Shown piece by piece: positions 12,110 through 22,841 of a stretch of DNA of 32,000 nucleotides. The stretch covers positions 630,001-662,000 of the forward strand of contig NZ_CP010341.1 in the NCBI RefSeq assembly GCF_000940845.1, given 5' to 3'. Each line of letters opens with the position of its first letter. Within the stretch, counting starts at the first letter, position 1. This DNA comes from Propionibacterium freudenreichii subsp. freudenreichii (GTDB taxonomy: Bacteria > Actinomycetota > Actinomycetes > Propionibacteriales > Propionibacteriaceae). Both the position numbers and the translations under genes were made by a program. Under the pieces are notes generated by a model, which was given only the letters and a program-made list of their open reading frames with translations, was not told the DNA's origin and did not search any database.

Positions 12110-12525
12110 TGCGCGGCAGGGGCGGGGCATGCATCCGTCGGCCGTGGGGCAGGGGTGACGTCGTCATCCCGATTTGTGTCATACGGCCAATCGTGAAAAA
12201 CTGGTTAGGTTGCTCCTCGGGCAGCTTTGCGTGCGCAAGAGGGACCGGAAGGTTCCGATTGGGTGGTGAAGACGGTCCGGGGAACGCGAGGTCGCTTGAG
12301 GTGGGCCGACCCCTGGTCGGTTCGTTCGTGGCCGCCACCAATCCCGCGGATGTTCATCCGCGCCGGTGAGCGGAGTCCGACACACCCGACCTCGGGTACC
12401 GTGCAACATGGCATTGACAAGGGAGAATAGCGGCGAAAACGGAGAGTTTTCGGTGTGGGTTTTCTCTTGTCACAACCAGGCAGGGCCGGCGATCCGGCCA
12501 AGCAGGGACGAGAAGAGGAACAACC

Positions 12526-12837
12526 GTGGCGGGACAGAAGATCCGCATCAGGCTCCGTGCCTATGACCACGAGGTCATCGACTCGTCGGCGCGCAAGATC
12601 GTCGACACCGTTACCCGAACGGGTGCGAAGGTCGCCGGTCCGGTGCCGCTGCCGACCGAGAAGAACGTGTGGTGCGTCATTCGTTCGCCCCACAAGTACA
12701 AGGACAGCCGCGAGCAGTTCGAGATGCGTACACACAAGCGGCTCATCGACATCCTCGACCCGACGCCCAAGACAGTCGACTCGCTCATGCGGCTCGATCT
12801 GCCTGCTGGTGTTGATATCGAAATCAAGCTTCCGTGA
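12526..12837 (+). CDS. rpsJ: 30S ribosomal protein S10
   Basis: 103 aa with a GTG start. The sequence is [29 protein letters not shown]... Confidence 0.98.
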   Translation: MAGQKIRIRLRAYDHEVIDSSARKIVDTVTRTGAKVAGPVPLPTEKNVWCVIRSPHKYKDSREQFEMRTHKRLIDILDPTPKTVDSLMRLDLPAGVDIEIKLP

Positions 12838-12848
12838 GGCCGCAGAAC

Positions 12849-13508
12849 ATGACTACCGAACACAAAGTGAAGGGGCTGCTGGGCACCAAGCTCGGCATGA
12901 CCCAGCTGTGGGACGAGAACAATCGCCTCGTCCCGGTGACCGTTATCCAGGCCGGTCCCTGCGTCGTGACGCAGGTCCGCACGCCGGATACCGATGGCTA
13001 CTCGGCCGTTCAGCTCGGCTACGGGGCCATCCGCGCAAAGTCCGTGACCAAGCCGGCTGCAGGGCAGTTCGCCCGCGCCAAGGTGACGCCGCGCAAGTAC
13101 CTCGCCGAGATCCGCACGTCGGATGCCAGCGAGTACACCCTGGGCCAGGAGCTCGGGCCCGACACCTTCAGGACCGATGACGTCGTGGACGTCACCGGCG
13201 TGACCAAGGGCAAGGGCACTGCGGGCGTCGTCAAGCGTTGGGGCTTCAAGGGCCTCGGCGCCAGCCACGGCGTGCACCGCAAGCACCGTTCACCCGGCGG
13301 CATCGGCGCCTGCGCCACCCCGGGTCACGTGTTCAAGGGCCTGCGCATGGCCGGTCGAATGGGCAACGCCCGCAAGACCGTGCAGAACCTGGCCGTCGCC
13401 GGCGTTGACGCTGACAAGGGCCTGATCCTGGTTCGCGGCGCCGTGCCCGGCAACAAGGGCGCGCTCGTTGTGCTGCGTACCGCTGCCAAGAAGGGTGAAG
13501 CCAAGTGA
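12849..13508 (+). CDS. rplC: 50S ribosomal protein L3
   Basis: The ATG at 12849 gives [21 protein letters not shown]... The ORF-track GTG at 12834 overlaps the rpsJ stop and is a less likely start. Confidence 0.96.
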   Translation: MTTEHKVKGLLGTKLGMTQLWDENNRLVPVTVIQAGPCVVTQVRTPDTDGYSAVQLGYGAIRAKSVTKPAAGQFARAKVTPRKYLAEIRTSDASEYTLGQELGPDTFRTDDVVDVTGVTKGKGTAGVVKRWGFKGLGASHGVHRKHRSPGGIGACATPGHVFKGLRMAGRMGNARKTVQNLAVAGVDADKGLILVRGAVPGNKGALVVLRTAAKKGEAK

Positions 13509-14206
13509 ACGAGACCACCTCGATCGACGTCGTGAACGCCGAGGGCAAGAAGGCCGGCAGCGTCGAGCTGCCCGGCGAGCTCTTCGACGCGCAGGCGAAT
13601 GTGCCCCTGATGCATCAGGTCGTGACGGCTCAGCTCGCCGCGGCCCGTCAGGGAACCCACTCCACCAAGACCCGCGCTGAGGTCTCCGGTGGCGGCAAGA
13701 AGCCGTGGCGCCAGAAGGGCACCGGCCGGGCTCGTCAGGGTTCGATCCGTTCCCCGCAGTGGGCCGGCGGCGGTATCTCGCACGGTCCGCAGCCGCGTGA
13801 GTACAGCCAGCGCACCCCCAAGAAGATGGTGGCCACCGCATTGCGCGGCGCCCTGTCCGACCGGGCACGCGAGGGCCGCATCCATGTGGTGAGCGAATTC
13901 GTCGGCGGCGACAAGCCGAGCACCAAGTCCGCTGCCAAGGTCATTGCGGGCCTGGGCGATTACGGTCGCGTGCTCGTCGTGCTTGAGCGCAGCGACGAGA
14001 ACAATTGGCTGTCGATGCGCAATCTCATCGGCGTCCATGTCGTCAGCTGGGACCAGCTGAACACCTACGACGTGCTGCTTGCTGACGCAATCGTGTTCAG
14101 CGAGTCGGCCATCAAGGCGTATGTGGCAGGTCCCGCCAAGGGCAAGTCCGTCAAGGCCGTCGCCACGTCGCGCGAGGCCGAGGCTGTTGAGGAGAAGGCC
14201 AAGTGA
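13505..14206 (+). CDS. rplD: 50S ribosomal protein L4
   Basis: 233 aa. The sequence contains ...[25 protein letters not shown]... The GTG start overlaps the rplC stop (GTGA). Confidence 0.97.
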   Translation: MNETTSIDVVNAEGKKAGSVELPGELFDAQANVPLMHQVVTAQLAAARQGTHSTKTRAEVSGGGKKPWRQKGTGRARQGSIRSPQWAGGGISHGPQPREYSQRTPKKMVATALRGALSDRAREGRIHVVSEFVGGDKPSTKSAAKVIAGLGDYGRVLVVLERSDENNWLSMRNLIGVHVVSWDQLNTYDVLLADAIVFSESAIKAYVAGPAKGKSVKAVATSREAEAVEEKAK

Positions 14207-14514
14207 GCGACTTCAAGATCCGCGATCCCCACGATGTGCTGATTTCGCCCGTCGTGAGCGAGAAGAGCTACGGCCTCATCGACGAGAACAAGTACACGTT
14301 CATCGTTGACCCCAAGGCCAACAAGACCGAGATCCGCCAGGCCGTGGAAGCCGTGTTCGGAGTCAAGGTCGTTGGCGTGAACACCGCCAATCGGAAGGGC
14401 AAGAAGCGCCGCACGCGCTACGGCGTGGGCAGGCGCCCCGACACGAAGCGTGCGATCGTGACTGTCGCCGAGAACGACCACATCGACATTTTCGGGAACG
14501 CTCCGGCCGAGTGA
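14203..14514 (+). CDS. rplW: 50S ribosomal protein L23
   Basis: 103 aa. The sequence is ...[15 protein letters not shown]...[17 protein letters not shown]... The start overlaps the rplD stop. Confidence 0.97.
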   Translation: MSDFKIRDPHDVLISPVVSEKSYGLIDENKYTFIVDPKANKTEIRQAVEAVFGVKVVGVNTANRKGKKRRTRYGVGRRPDTKRAIVTVAENDHIDIFGNAPAE

Positions 14515-14552
14515 CCGAGAGCTGACGCGCAGACAAGGAACGAAGAGACCTC

Positions 14553-15389
<837 letters not shown>

Positions 15390-15406
15390 GTGGGAGCCAG
15401 GAGATA

Positions 15407-15688
15407 ATGCCTCGCAGCTTGAAGAAGGGCCCGTTCGTCGACGGGCACCTGCAGAAGAAGATCGACGTGCAGAACGAGAACGGCACGAAGACCGTCATCA
15501 AGACGTGGTCGCGCCGTTCGATGGTCACCCCCGACATGCTCGGGCACACCATCGCCGTGCACGATGGCCGCAAGCATGTCCCGGTATTCATTACCGAGGG
15601 CATGATCGGCCACAAGCTCGGAGAGTTTGCGCCCACGCGCACCTTCCGGGGTCACGTGAAGGACGACAAGAAGGCTCGCCGGCGCTGA
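15407..15688 (+). CDS. rpsS: 30S ribosomal protein S19
   Basis: 93 aa. The sequence is [12 protein letters not shown]...[16 protein letters not shown]... Confidence 0.98.
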   Translation: MPRSLKKGPFVDGHLQKKIDVQNENGTKTVIKTWSRRSMVTPDMLGHTIAVHDGRKHVPVFITEGMIGHKLGEFAPTRTFRGHVKDDKKARRR

Positions 15689-15704
15689 GCGCGGCAGAGA
15701 AGGA

Positions 15705-16199
15705 ATGAATTCGATGAGCAACACCACACAGCGACCCAGTCGTCGCGTTGCCCTGCTCGGGGATCGTCCTGGCTCGTACGCCATCGCGCGTCACGTTCGG
15801 ATGAGTGCCCAGAAGGTGCGTCGCGTGGCCGACACGGTGCGCGGCATGGACGCCACCCAGGCAATCGCCACCCTTCGCTTCGCCCCGCAGGCTGCTGCGG
15901 AGCCGGTGCGCAAGGTGATCGAGAGCGCCGTGGCCAACGCCGAGACCTCTGAGGGCCTGCACAACGAGCAGCTGGTTATCAGCCAGATCTACGTGGACGA
16001 GGGCGTGACCATGCGTCGCATCCGGCCCCGCGCCAAGGGCTCCGCCAGCCGCATTCTCAAGCGCGCCAGCCACATCACCGCTGTCGTTGAACCGGCAGAG
16101 ACCGCCGGGCATCCGCCGCTGAAGAAGGCGTCGAGTGCAAAGAACTCGTCCAAGGCAACCGCCGCGGACACCACATCTGACGACACGAAGGAGGCCTGA
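15705..16199 (+). CDS. rplV: 50S ribosomal protein L22 (with actinobacterial-type C-terminal extension)
   Basis: The sequence is ...[22 protein letters not shown]...[24 protein letters not shown]... The ATG at 15714 has better SD spacing (AGAAGGA 9 nt upstream) than the ATG at 15705. Confidence 0.95.
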   Translation: MNSMSNTTQRPSRRVALLGDRPGSYAIARHVRMSAQKVRRVADTVRGMDATQAIATLRFAPQAAAEPVRKVIESAVANAETSEGLHNEQLVISQIYVDEGVTMRRIRPRAKGSASRILKRASHITAVVEPAETAGHPPLKKASSAKNSSKATAADTTSDDTKEA

Positions 16200-16201
16200 G
16201 C

Positions 16202-17020
16202 GTGGGACAGAAGATCAACCCGATCGGCTTCCGGCTGGGTATCACCACAGATCACAAGTCACGCTGGTACGCCGAGAAGCAGTACTCGGAACTGGTGGGC
16301 GAGGACGACAAGATCCGCGCCTGGCTCGTCAAGAACCTCGAGCGCGCCGGCATCAGCTCGGTGGAGATCGAGCGCCGCAGCGACCGCATCACCATCTTCC
16401 TGTATGCCGCACGTCCGGGCATCGTCATCGGGCGTAACGGTGCCGAGGCGGAGCGCGTGCGTGGCGAGCTCGAGAAGATGAGCGGCAAGCAGATCCAGCT
16501 CAACATCCTCGAGGTCAAGAACCCCGAGACCGATGCGCAGCTGGTTGCCCAGGGCATCGCCGAGCAGCTGGGGGCACGCGTTGCCTTCCGTCGCGCGATG
16601 CGCAAGGCGCAGCAGAGCGCCATGCGCTCGGGCGCCAAGGGCATCCGCATCCGCTGCTCCGGTCGTCTTGGCGGTGCTGAGATGAGCCGTTCCGAGAGCT
16701 ACCGCGAGGGTCGTGTGCCGCTGCACACGCTTCGTGCGGACATCGACTACGGCTTCTACGAGGCCCGCACCACCTTCGGCCGCATCGGCGTGAAGGTGTG
16801 GATCTACAAGGGCGACGTCACCGGCACTCGTGCCGAGCGCGCCGCTCAGAAGGCTGCCCGCCAGGCGGCCCCGAGCCGTCAGCGCTCGAACCGTCGCCCC
16901 GGGCGCGGTGAGCGTGGCGGCCGCCGTCGTGCCGACGCGGCGCGTGAGCAGGCACCTCGCAGTGACGCTGCGACCAGTGCACCCGCCGCGGCGCCCGCAA
17001 CCGAGAACGCAGGAGCCTGA
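16202..17020 (+). CDS. rpsC: 30S ribosomal protein S3 (Arg/Ala-rich C-terminal tail)
   Basis: 272 aa. The GTG start follows AAGGAGG. The sequence is [24 protein letters not shown]... Confidence 0.98.
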   Translation: MGQKINPIGFRLGITTDHKSRWYAEKQYSELVGEDDKIRAWLVKNLERAGISSVEIERRSDRITIFLYAARPGIVIGRNGAEAERVRGELEKMSGKQIQLNILEVKNPETDAQLVAQGIAEQLGARVAFRRAMRKAQQSAMRSGAKGIRIRCSGRLGGAEMSRSESYREGRVPLHTLRADIDYGFYEARTTFGRIGVKVWIYKGDVTGTRAERAAQKAARQAAPSRQRSNRRPGRGERGGRRRADAAREQAPRSDAATSAPAAAPATENAGA

Positions 17021-17025
17021 GAAAC

Positions 17026-17445
17026 ATGCTGATTCCTCGTCGAGTCAAGTACCGCAAGCAGCACCATCCGAATCGTCGTGGCATGGCCAAGGGCGGCACT
17101 GAGCTGGCCTTTGGTGAGTTCGGCGTGCAGGCCCTGGAGCCGGCGTACATGACCAACCGGCAGATTGAAGCTGCCCGTATCGCCATGACGCGCTACATCA
17201 AGCGCGGCGGCAAGGTGTGGATCAACGTCTACCCCGACCGCCCGCTGACCAAGCACCCCGCCGAATCCCGCATGGGTTCGGGCAAGGGCTCCCCGGAGTT
17301 CTGGGTTGTCAACGTCAAGCCCGGTCGCGTGCTCTTCGAGCTCGCCGGCGTGACTCCGGACGTCGCCAACGAGGCACTGCGTCTGGCCATCCACAAGCTG
17401 CCTTTCAAGGCACGCATCATCACGCGTGATGAAGGTGAGATCTGA
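17026..17445 (+). CDS. rplP: 50S ribosomal protein L16
   Basis: 139 aa. The sequence is [24 protein letters not shown]... Confidence 0.98.
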   Translation: MLIPRRVKYRKQHHPNRRGMAKGGTELAFGEFGVQALEPAYMTNRQIEAARIAMTRYIKRGGKVWINVYPDRPLTKHPAESRMGSGKGSPEFWVVNVKPGRVLFELAGVTPDVANEALRLAIHKLPFKARIITRDEGEI

Positions 17446-17446
17446 T

Positions 17447-17695
17447 ATGGCAAAGACTGAATCGCTCAAGGCCGCTGACCTGCGTGCCCAGTCGCGCGGT
17501 GACCTCAACGACCAGGTGGTCAAGCTGAAGGAAGAGCTGTTCGCGCTGCGCTTCCAGGCCGCCACCGGCCAGCTCGAGAACCACTCCCGACTGCGCGAGG
17601 TGCGCAAGGACATCGCCCGCATCTACACGGTGCTCCAGGAACGCAACCTGGGCATCGTCGATGATCCGGATCGTGAAGGAAAGGCCGAGGCATGA
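17447..17695 (+). CDS. rpmC: 50S ribosomal protein L29
   Basis: The ATG at 17447, 1 nt after the rplP stop, gives [37 protein letters not shown]... Confidence 0.95.
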   Translation: MAKTESLKAADLRAQSRGDLNDQVVKLKEELFALRFQAATGQLENHSRLREVRKDIARIYTVLQERNLGIVDDPDREGKAEA

Positions 17696-17967
17696 GCCAG
17701 ACTGATAGCACCACCGAGCGCGCCGGCCGCAAGGTCCGCGAGGGCGTTGTGGTCTCGTCGAAGATGGACAAGACCGTTGTCGTGGCCGTTGAGGACCGTG
17801 TCAAGCACGGCCTGTACGGCAAGGTGATCACCAAGACCATCCGGCTCAAGGCCCACGACGAGAACAACGAGGCCGGCGAGGGCGACCGCGTGCGCATCAT
17901 GGAGACGCGTCCGCTGTCCGCCACGAAGCGCTGGCGTCTGACCGCCGTCGTCGAGAAGGCGCGCTGA
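17692..17967 (+). CDS. rpsQ: 30S ribosomal protein S17
   Basis: 91 aa. The sequence is ...[32 protein letters not shown]... There is an ATGA overlap with rpmC. Confidence 0.97.
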   Translation: MSQTDSTTERAGRKVREGVVVSSKMDKTVVVAVEDRVKHGLYGKVITKTIRLKAHDENNEAGEGDRVRIMETRPLSATKRWRLTAVVEKAR

Positions 17968-18097
17968 CCCGAAGACCTGATGGCGTCGCCCGCGTTGACG
18001 TCGCCACATCACCCTCTGGCAAAATCCAGGGGTCAACAACTAGTCCAGCAAGGCCCTGGGGGAGACCTCGGGGAACCGGTTGGGCAGAGGAGAAGAA

Positions 18098-18469
18098 ATG
18101 ATCCAGCAGGAGTCGCGACTGAAGGTCGCCGACAACACTGGTGCCAAGGAGCTCTTGTGCATCCGTGTTCTCGGTGGCTCGAAGCGTCGCTACGCCGGGC
18201 TCGGCGACACCATCGTGTGCACCGTGAAGGACGCCATCCCCGGGGGCAGTGTGAAAAAGGGCGAGGTCGTCAAGGCCGTGATCGTGCGCGCTGTGAAGTC
18301 GCACCGTCGCGTTGACGGTTCCTACATCAAGTTCGACGAAAACGCTGCCGTCATCCTGGGCGGCACCACCAGTGAGCCCCGAGGAACTCGTATCTTCGGC
18401 CCGGTTGCCCGTGAATTGCGCGACAAGCACTTCATGCGCATCGTCTCGCTGGCTCCGGAGGTGATCTGA
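18098..18469 (+). CDS. rplN: 50S ribosomal protein L14
   Basis: The ATG at 18098 follows GAGGAG and gives [28 protein letters not shown]... (123 aa). Confidence 0.97.
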   Translation: MIQQESRLKVADNTGAKELLCIRVLGGSKRRYAGLGDTIVCTVKDAIPGGSVKKGEVVKAVIVRAVKSHRRVDGSYIKFDENAAVILGGTTSEPRGTRIFGPVARELRDKHFMRIVSLAPEVI

Positions 18470-18470
18470 G

Positions 18471-18842
18471 ATGGCGAAGATGAAGCTCAAGAAGGGTGAT
18501 CGCGTTCAGGTGATCGCTGGCAAGGACAAGGGCGTGGTCGGAGAGATCATCGCCGTTGATCCGGCCAATGAGCGCGTCACCGTGCAGGGCGCCAACATCG
18601 TGCGTCGTCACACGCGTGACTCCGCCGATGCGTCCGGCGCCCAGGTGAAGGGCGGGATCATCTCCGTCGAGGCCCCGCTGCATGTCTCGAACGTGCAGCT
18701 GCTCGTCAAGGATGGTTCCAAGGACGTTCTCACCCGGATCGGCGCCCAGCGCCAGAAGGTGAGCAAGCGTCGTGCGGACGGTTCTGAGTACGAAGGCACC
18801 CGTGGCGTGCGGATCGCACGCAAGACCGGGAAGGAGATCTGA
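18471..18842 (+). CDS. rplX: 50S ribosomal protein L24
   Basis: 123 aa. The sequence is [18 protein letters not shown]... Confidence 0.96.
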   Translation: MAKMKLKKGDRVQVIAGKDKGVVGEIIAVDPANERVTVQGANIVRRHTRDSADASGAQVKGGIISVEAPLHVSNVQLLVKDGSKDVLTRIGAQRQKVSKRRADGSEYEGTRGVRIARKTGKEI

Positions 18843-19504
18843 TGGCCAGGAAGAATGCTGACGCGGGCCTCGCTGTTGCTGAGGTTGCTCAGGCTACTGC
18901 GCCCGAGATGCCGCGCCTGAAGAAGAAGTACCGCGAGGAAATCGTCAAGGCCCTGCATGACGAGTTCAACTACGACAACCCGATGCTGATCCCCGGTCTC
19001 ACCAAGATCGTGGTCAACATGGGTGTGGGTGACGCCGCCAACGATCGCAAGATCCTCGATGGCGCGGTCAAGGACCTCACGGCCATCACCGGCCAGAAGC
19101 CCCAGACCACCAAGGCCCGCAAGTCCATCGCACAGTTCCACCTGCGCGAGGGCCAGGCCATTGGTTGCCATGTGACGCTTCGCGGCGACCGCATGTGGGA
19201 GTTCGCCGATCGACTGCTGTCGCTCGCGCTTCCCCGTATCCGTGACTTCCGCGGCCTGAACTCCAACCAGTTCGACGGCCACGGCAACTACACCTTCGGT
19301 CTCACCGAGCAGGTCATGTTCCTCGAGATCGACCAGGACAAGATCGATCGTGTCCGCGGCATGGACATCACCTTCGTGACGACCGCCCGGAACAATGAGG
19401 AAGGCCGTGCGCTGCTCAAGCACCTGGGCTTCCCCTTCAAGGCAACTGATGACGCGAAGGTCCCCTCGGCTCGGGACTTCCGGCGCAATGGCAATAGGAA
19501 GTAA
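18842..19504 (+). CDS. rplE: 50S ribosomal protein L5
   Basis: 220 aa. The sequence is ...[15 protein letters not shown]...[11 protein letters not shown]... The ATG overlaps the rplX stop (TGATG) and GGAAGGAG lies upstream. Confidence 0.96.
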   Translation: MARKNADAGLAVAEVAQATAPEMPRLKKKYREEIVKALHDEFNYDNPMLIPGLTKIVVNMGVGDAANDRKILDGAVKDLTAITGQKPQTTKARKSIAQFHLREGQAIGCHVTLRGDRMWEFADRLLSLALPRIRDFRGLNSNQFDGHGNYTFGLTEQVMFLEIDQDKIDRVRGMDITFVTTARNNEEGRALLKHLGFPFKATDDAKVPSARDFRRNGNRK

Positions 19505-19512
19505 GGACTCAC

Positions 19513-19698
19513 ATGGCTAAGACCGCGCTCAAGGTCAAGCAGGCTCGCAAGCCCAAGTTCGCCGTCCGCGCATACACCCGCTGCCAGCGCTGCGGGCGTC
19601 CGCGCTCGGTGTACCGCAAGTTCGGCCTGTGCCGAATCTGCCTGCGCACCCTTGCCCACGCCGGTGATCTGCCGGGCGTGACCAAGTCGTCCTGGTGA
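19513..19698 (+). CDS. rpsN: 30S ribosomal protein S14 type Z (zinc-binding C+ form)
   Basis: 61 aa. Two CxxC pairs (CQRC...CRIC) are present and the protein ends in SSW. Confidence 0.96.
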   Translation: MAKTALKVKQARKPKFAVRAYTRCQRCGRPRSVYRKFGLCRICLRTLAHAGDLPGVTKSSW

Positions 19699-19857
19699 TC
19701 CACCGTTCGACGCCACTGCCCGAACACGGGGTGAGCTTCGGCCCGCTCCACACTGCGCCTGGTGGCCTGCCCTGGCAGGCCGGCGGGGGCGGGAACACAC
19801 ATCCAACGCAGCAGGTCCGCCCAGCGGAAACCGTTGCGAGAAAGAGGCTATAAAGCC

Positions 19858-20265
19858 ATGACTATGACCGACCCGATCGCAGACATGCTGACCCGTCTGC
19901 GCAACGCCAATCAGGCGTTCCACGACGAGACGAGCATGCCCAGCTCCAAGATCAAGGCGGGAATCGCCGAGATCCTGAAGCAGGAGGGCTACATCGCCGA
20001 CTACGCGGTGAAGGATCCGGAGGCTGACGAGGTGGGCAAGAAGCTCGTCGTCACCCTCAAGTACGGCGACGATCGCAAGCGTTCAATCGCTGGCGTGCGC
20101 CGCATCAGCAAGCCCGGTCTGCGTGTCTACGCCAAGTCGAATCAGCTGCCCAAGGTTCTGGGCGGCATGGGCGTCGCGATCATCTCGACCTCACAGGGCC
20201 TGATGACCGACCGGCAGGCGCATGAGAAGTCCGTGGGCGGCGAAGTGCTCGCCTACGTCTGGTGA
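19858..20265 (+). CDS. rpsH: 30S ribosomal protein S8
   Basis: The ATG at 19858 gives [17 protein letters not shown]... The ORF-track start at 19762 is a non-coding extension. Confidence 0.96.
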   Translation: MTMTDPIADMLTRLRNANQAFHDETSMPSSKIKAGIAEILKQEGYIADYAVKDPEADEVGKKLVVTLKYGDDRKRSIAGVRRISKPGLRVYAKSNQLPKVLGGMGVAIISTSQGLMTDRQAHEKSVGGEVLAYVW

Positions 20266-20295
20266 CCGGAACGAGACAGATAAGGAGAATGTGAG

Positions 20296-20838
20296 ATGTC
20301 ACGAATTGGCAGGCTCCCCATCACCGTCCCGTCCGGCGTCGAGGTAAACCTCGATGGCCAGAAGGTGGCTGTGAAGGGCCCGAAGGGCAACCTGGATTGG
20401 AACATTCCGGAGCCCATCACGATCAAGAAGAACGATGAGGGCCAGCTTGAGCTGTCCCGTCCCGATGACGAGCGCGAGCATCGCTCGCTGCACGGCCTGT
20501 CGCGCACCCTGGTCAACAACATGATCATCGGCGTGCACGACGGCTACCAGAAGGACCTGGAGATCATCGGCGTCGGTTACCGCGTGATCTCGAAGGGTCC
20601 GACGCAGCTCGAGTTCGCGCTCGGGTTCTCGCACCCGGTGACCGTGGACGCTCCGGAGGGCATCACCTTTGAGGTGAAGACCCCCACGAGCTTCACCATC
20701 CACGGCATTGACAAGCAGGTTGTCGGTGAGATTGCGGCGAAGATCCGCAAGATCCGTCCGCCGGAGCCCTACAAGGGCAAGGGCGTGCGTTACGCGGGCG
20801 AGCACGTCCGCCGCAAGGTTGGAAAGGCAGGCGCCTGA
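20296..20838 (+). CDS. rplF: 50S ribosomal protein L6
   Basis: 180 aa. The sequence is [31 protein letters not shown]... Confidence 0.97.
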   Translation: MSRIGRLPITVPSGVEVNLDGQKVAVKGPKGNLDWNIPEPITIKKNDEGQLELSRPDDEREHRSLHGLSRTLVNNMIIGVHDGYQKDLEIIGVGYRVISKGPTQLEFALGFSHPVTVDAPEGITFEVKTPTSFTIHGIDKQVVGEIAAKIRKIRPPEPYKGKGVRYAGEHVRRKVGKAGA

Positions 20839-20840
20839 TC

Positions 20841-21224
20841 ATGGCGATCAACATCAATCACCGCAGGAACCTTGCGCAGCGCAAGGCCTCGCAGATGCGT
20901 CGCCAGAAGCGCGTCCGCAAGCACATCTTCGGTTACCCCGAGCGTCCTCGTCTGGTGGTCACGCGCAGTGCCCGCCACATGTTCGCCCAGGTCATCGACG
21001 ACGTTGCCGGCCGCACCCTGGCATCGGCTTCCACCATGGAGACCGAGCTGCGGGGCATGTCGGGCGACAAGACCGCCAAGGCGGAGAAGGTCGGCGAGCT
21101 CATTGGCCAGCGTGCCAAGGAGGCCGGCATCAGCCAGGTCGTGTTCGACCGGGCCGGAAACCAATATCACGGACGAGTTGCCGCGGTCGCCGATGGCGCC
21201 CGCAAGGCTGGTCTCGGACTCTGA
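20841..21224 (+). CDS. rplR: 50S ribosomal protein L18
   Basis: 127 aa. The sequence is ...[20 protein letters not shown]...[24 protein letters not shown]. Confidence 0.96.
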   Translation: MAININHRRNLAQRKASQMRRQKRVRKHIFGYPERPRLVVTRSARHMFAQVIDDVAGRTLASASTMETELRGMSGDKTAKAEKVGELIGQRAKEAGISQVVFDRAGNQYHGRVAAVADGARKAGLGL

Positions 21225-21246
21225 CGACGGAAAGGAAGAACCAGCG

Positions 21247-21858
21247 ATGAATACTCAAGCTCAGGGCCGCGGTCGCGGTCAGGGTAACGATCGTCGCGGT
21301 CGTGACGATCGTCGGGGCCGTGACAACGACCGGAACCGGGACCAGTACCTGGAGCGCGTGGTTACCATCAACCGCGTGGCCAAGGTGGTCCAGGGTGGCC
21401 GCCGCTTCAGCTTCACCGCGCTTGTCGTGGTGGGCGACGGCGAAGGCACCGTGGGTGTCGGGTACGGAAAGGCCAAGGAGGTGCCCGCGGCCATTGCCAA
21501 GGGTGTCGAGGAGGCCAAGAAGAACTTCTTCAAGGTGCCGATGGTGCAGCGCTCGATCCCGCATCCCGTGCAGGGCGAGAAGGCTGCCGGCGTGGTTATG
21601 CTGCGCCCGGCTTCTCCCGGTACCGGCGTGATTGCCGGTGGCGCCTGCCGTGCAGTGCTCGAGTGCGCGGGCATCCAGGACGTGCTGGCCAAGTCGCTCG
21701 GCTCACCCAACGCGATCAACGTGGTGCATGCCACGGTGGCCGCGCTGAAGATGCTCGAAGAGCCGGAGCAGATCGCCAAGCGTCGTGGCAAGTCCGTTGC
21801 CGACGTGACGCCTGCTGCGCTGCTGAGGGCCCGCCAGGAAGTCGAGGTGAAGGCCTGA
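21247..21858 (+). CDS. rpsE: 30S ribosomal protein S5 (RG/RD-rich N-terminal extension)
   Basis: The ATG at 21247 follows AAAGGA. The sequence is ...[46 protein letters not shown]... Confidence 0.96.
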   Translation: MNTQAQGRGRGQGNDRRGRDDRRGRDNDRNRDQYLERVVTINRVAKVVQGGRRFSFTALVVVGDGEGTVGVGYGKAKEVPAAIAKGVEEAKKNFFKVPMVQRSIPHPVQGEKAAGVVMLRPASPGTGVIAGGACRAVLECAGIQDVLAKSLGSPNAINVVHATVAALKMLEEPEQIAKRRGKSVADVTPAALLRARQEVEVKA

Positions 21859-22040
21859 TGGCACAGCTGAAGATCACCCAGATCAAGTCAACCGTTGCCG
21901 AGAAGCCGCACGTGCGCAGCACGGTGAAGGCCCTCGGGCTCAAGCGCATCGGCGATGTCGTGACCAAGCCTGACCGCCCGGAGTTCCGGGGCATGGCCCA
22001 GGCCGCGCGTCACGTGGTCACCATGGAAGAGGTGAAGTGA
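21858..22040 (+). CDS. rpmD: 50S ribosomal protein L30
   Basis: 60 aa. The sequence is [32 protein letters not shown]... The ATG overlaps the rpsE stop (TGATG). Confidence 0.95.
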   Translation: MAQLKITQIKSTVAEKPHVRSTVKALGLKRIGDVVTKPDRPEFRGMAQAARHVVTMEEVK

Positions 22041-22041
22041 G

Positions 22042-22485
22042 ATGGCCATCAAGGTCCATCATCTGCGTCCCGCTCCCGGGGCAAAGCAGACCAAGCACCG
22101 CGTAGGTCGCGGTGAAGCCGGCAAGGGCGGCAAGACCGCAGGCCGCGGCACGAAGGGAACGGGTGCACGCAAGAACGTGCCCGAGAACTTCGAGGGTGGC
22201 CAGATGCCGCTGCACATGCGCCTGCCGAAGCTGCGTGGCTTCCAGAACCCGTTCCGCGTCAGCTACCAGGTGGTGAACATCTCGCGCATTGCCGACCTGT
22301 TCCCCGCCGGCGGCGCCGTGGGCGTCGACGACCTGGTGAAGGCCGGCGCCGTGCGCGACGGCCAGCTGGTCAAGGTGCTCGGTGATGGCGACATCACCGT
22401 GAAGCTCGAGGTCACCGCTGACAAGTTCAGCGCGTCGGCCAAGGAGAAGATCGAGAAGGCCGGTGGCAGCGTCACCGTCCAGTGA
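22042..22485 (+). CDS. rplO: 50S ribosomal protein L15
   Basis: 147 aa. The sequence is ...[20 protein letters not shown]...[16 protein letters not shown]... Confidence 0.97.
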   Translation: MAIKVHHLRPAPGAKQTKHRVGRGEAGKGGKTAGRGTKGTGARKNVPENFEGGQMPLHMRLPKLRGFQNPFRVSYQVVNISRIADLFPAGGAVGVDDLVKAGAVRDGQLVKVLGDGDITVKLEVTADKFSASAKEKIEKAGGSVTVQ

Positions 22486-22503
22486 CCTGATCCCAGCCTG
22501 AAG

Positions 22504-22545
22504 CAAGGAGGGCGCTTCCCGTAAGGGAGGCGCCCTCCTTGTTTC
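22504..22545 (+). terminator. Rho-independent terminator after rplO
   Basis: The 12-bp outer stem is caaggagggcgc/gcgccctccttg. An inner tccc-GTAA-ggga forms a GNRA-type tetraloop. TTT follows. Confidence 0.8.
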
Positions 22546-22561
22546 AGGTTCCTCGGCTCCT

Positions 22562-22625
22562 GGTGCGCCCGCCGGGCCACTTGTCCTGAAAATCTTACGG
22601 ACTGCGCCGGCCCGGTGGGCGCACC
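22562..22625 (+). repeat. Structured 64-nt hairpin element, copy E1 (17-bp stem, 30-nt loop)
   Basis: ggtgcgcccgccgggcc / acttgtcctgaaaatcttacggactgcgcc / ggcccggtgggcgcacc, giving 16 Watson-Crick pairs plus 1 G.T. See finding 1. Confidence 0.8.
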
Positions 22626-22756
22626 CGGATCATGGCGCTGAGTGCAGCCAGGGACCGTGACGGGGAAACGCGCCTCAGGGTCGGTCGCGGACCTGTCCCG
22701 GACGGGTGATGGGGGAGAGAAGAGCTCTCGGGCTGGATCAGAAGGCAGCTGACATG

Positions 22757-22820
22757 GGTGTGCTCCTCGGCCCAGCGCCGTCCGTAAGCGTCACTGGACA
22801 AGCGGGCCGAGGAGCACACC
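22757..22820 (-). repeat. Structured 64-nt hairpin element, copy E2 (inverted relative to E1); likely 3'-end hairpin of the minus-strand LLM/FMN-reductase unit
   Basis: The plus strand reads ggtgtgctcctcggccc / agcgccgtccgtaagcgtcactggacaagc / gggccgaggagcacacc, a perfect 17-bp stem. The reverse-complemented loop matches the E1 loop at 22/30. It lies 21 nt past the stop at 22842. Confidence 0.8.
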
Positions 22821-22841
22821 ATGGCTCCAGTCTTATCTGGC

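Noticed and set aside
13739-13748. tRNA T-arm-like motifs GGTTCGATCC (13739-13748) and GGATTCGAACC (1562-1572)
   Set aside because: Both lie inside well-supported coding sequence (rplD and rpoC). No flanking acceptor or anticodon stems can be drawn, so they are chance matches.
22632-22709. 25-codon ORF (MALSAARDRDGETRLRVGRGPVPDG) between hairpin elements E1 and E2
   Set aside because: There is no Shine-Dalgarno sequence. Third-position GC is about 70%, well below that of neighbouring genes, and there is no recognisable peptide feature. I kept it only as part of the E1-E2 spacer.
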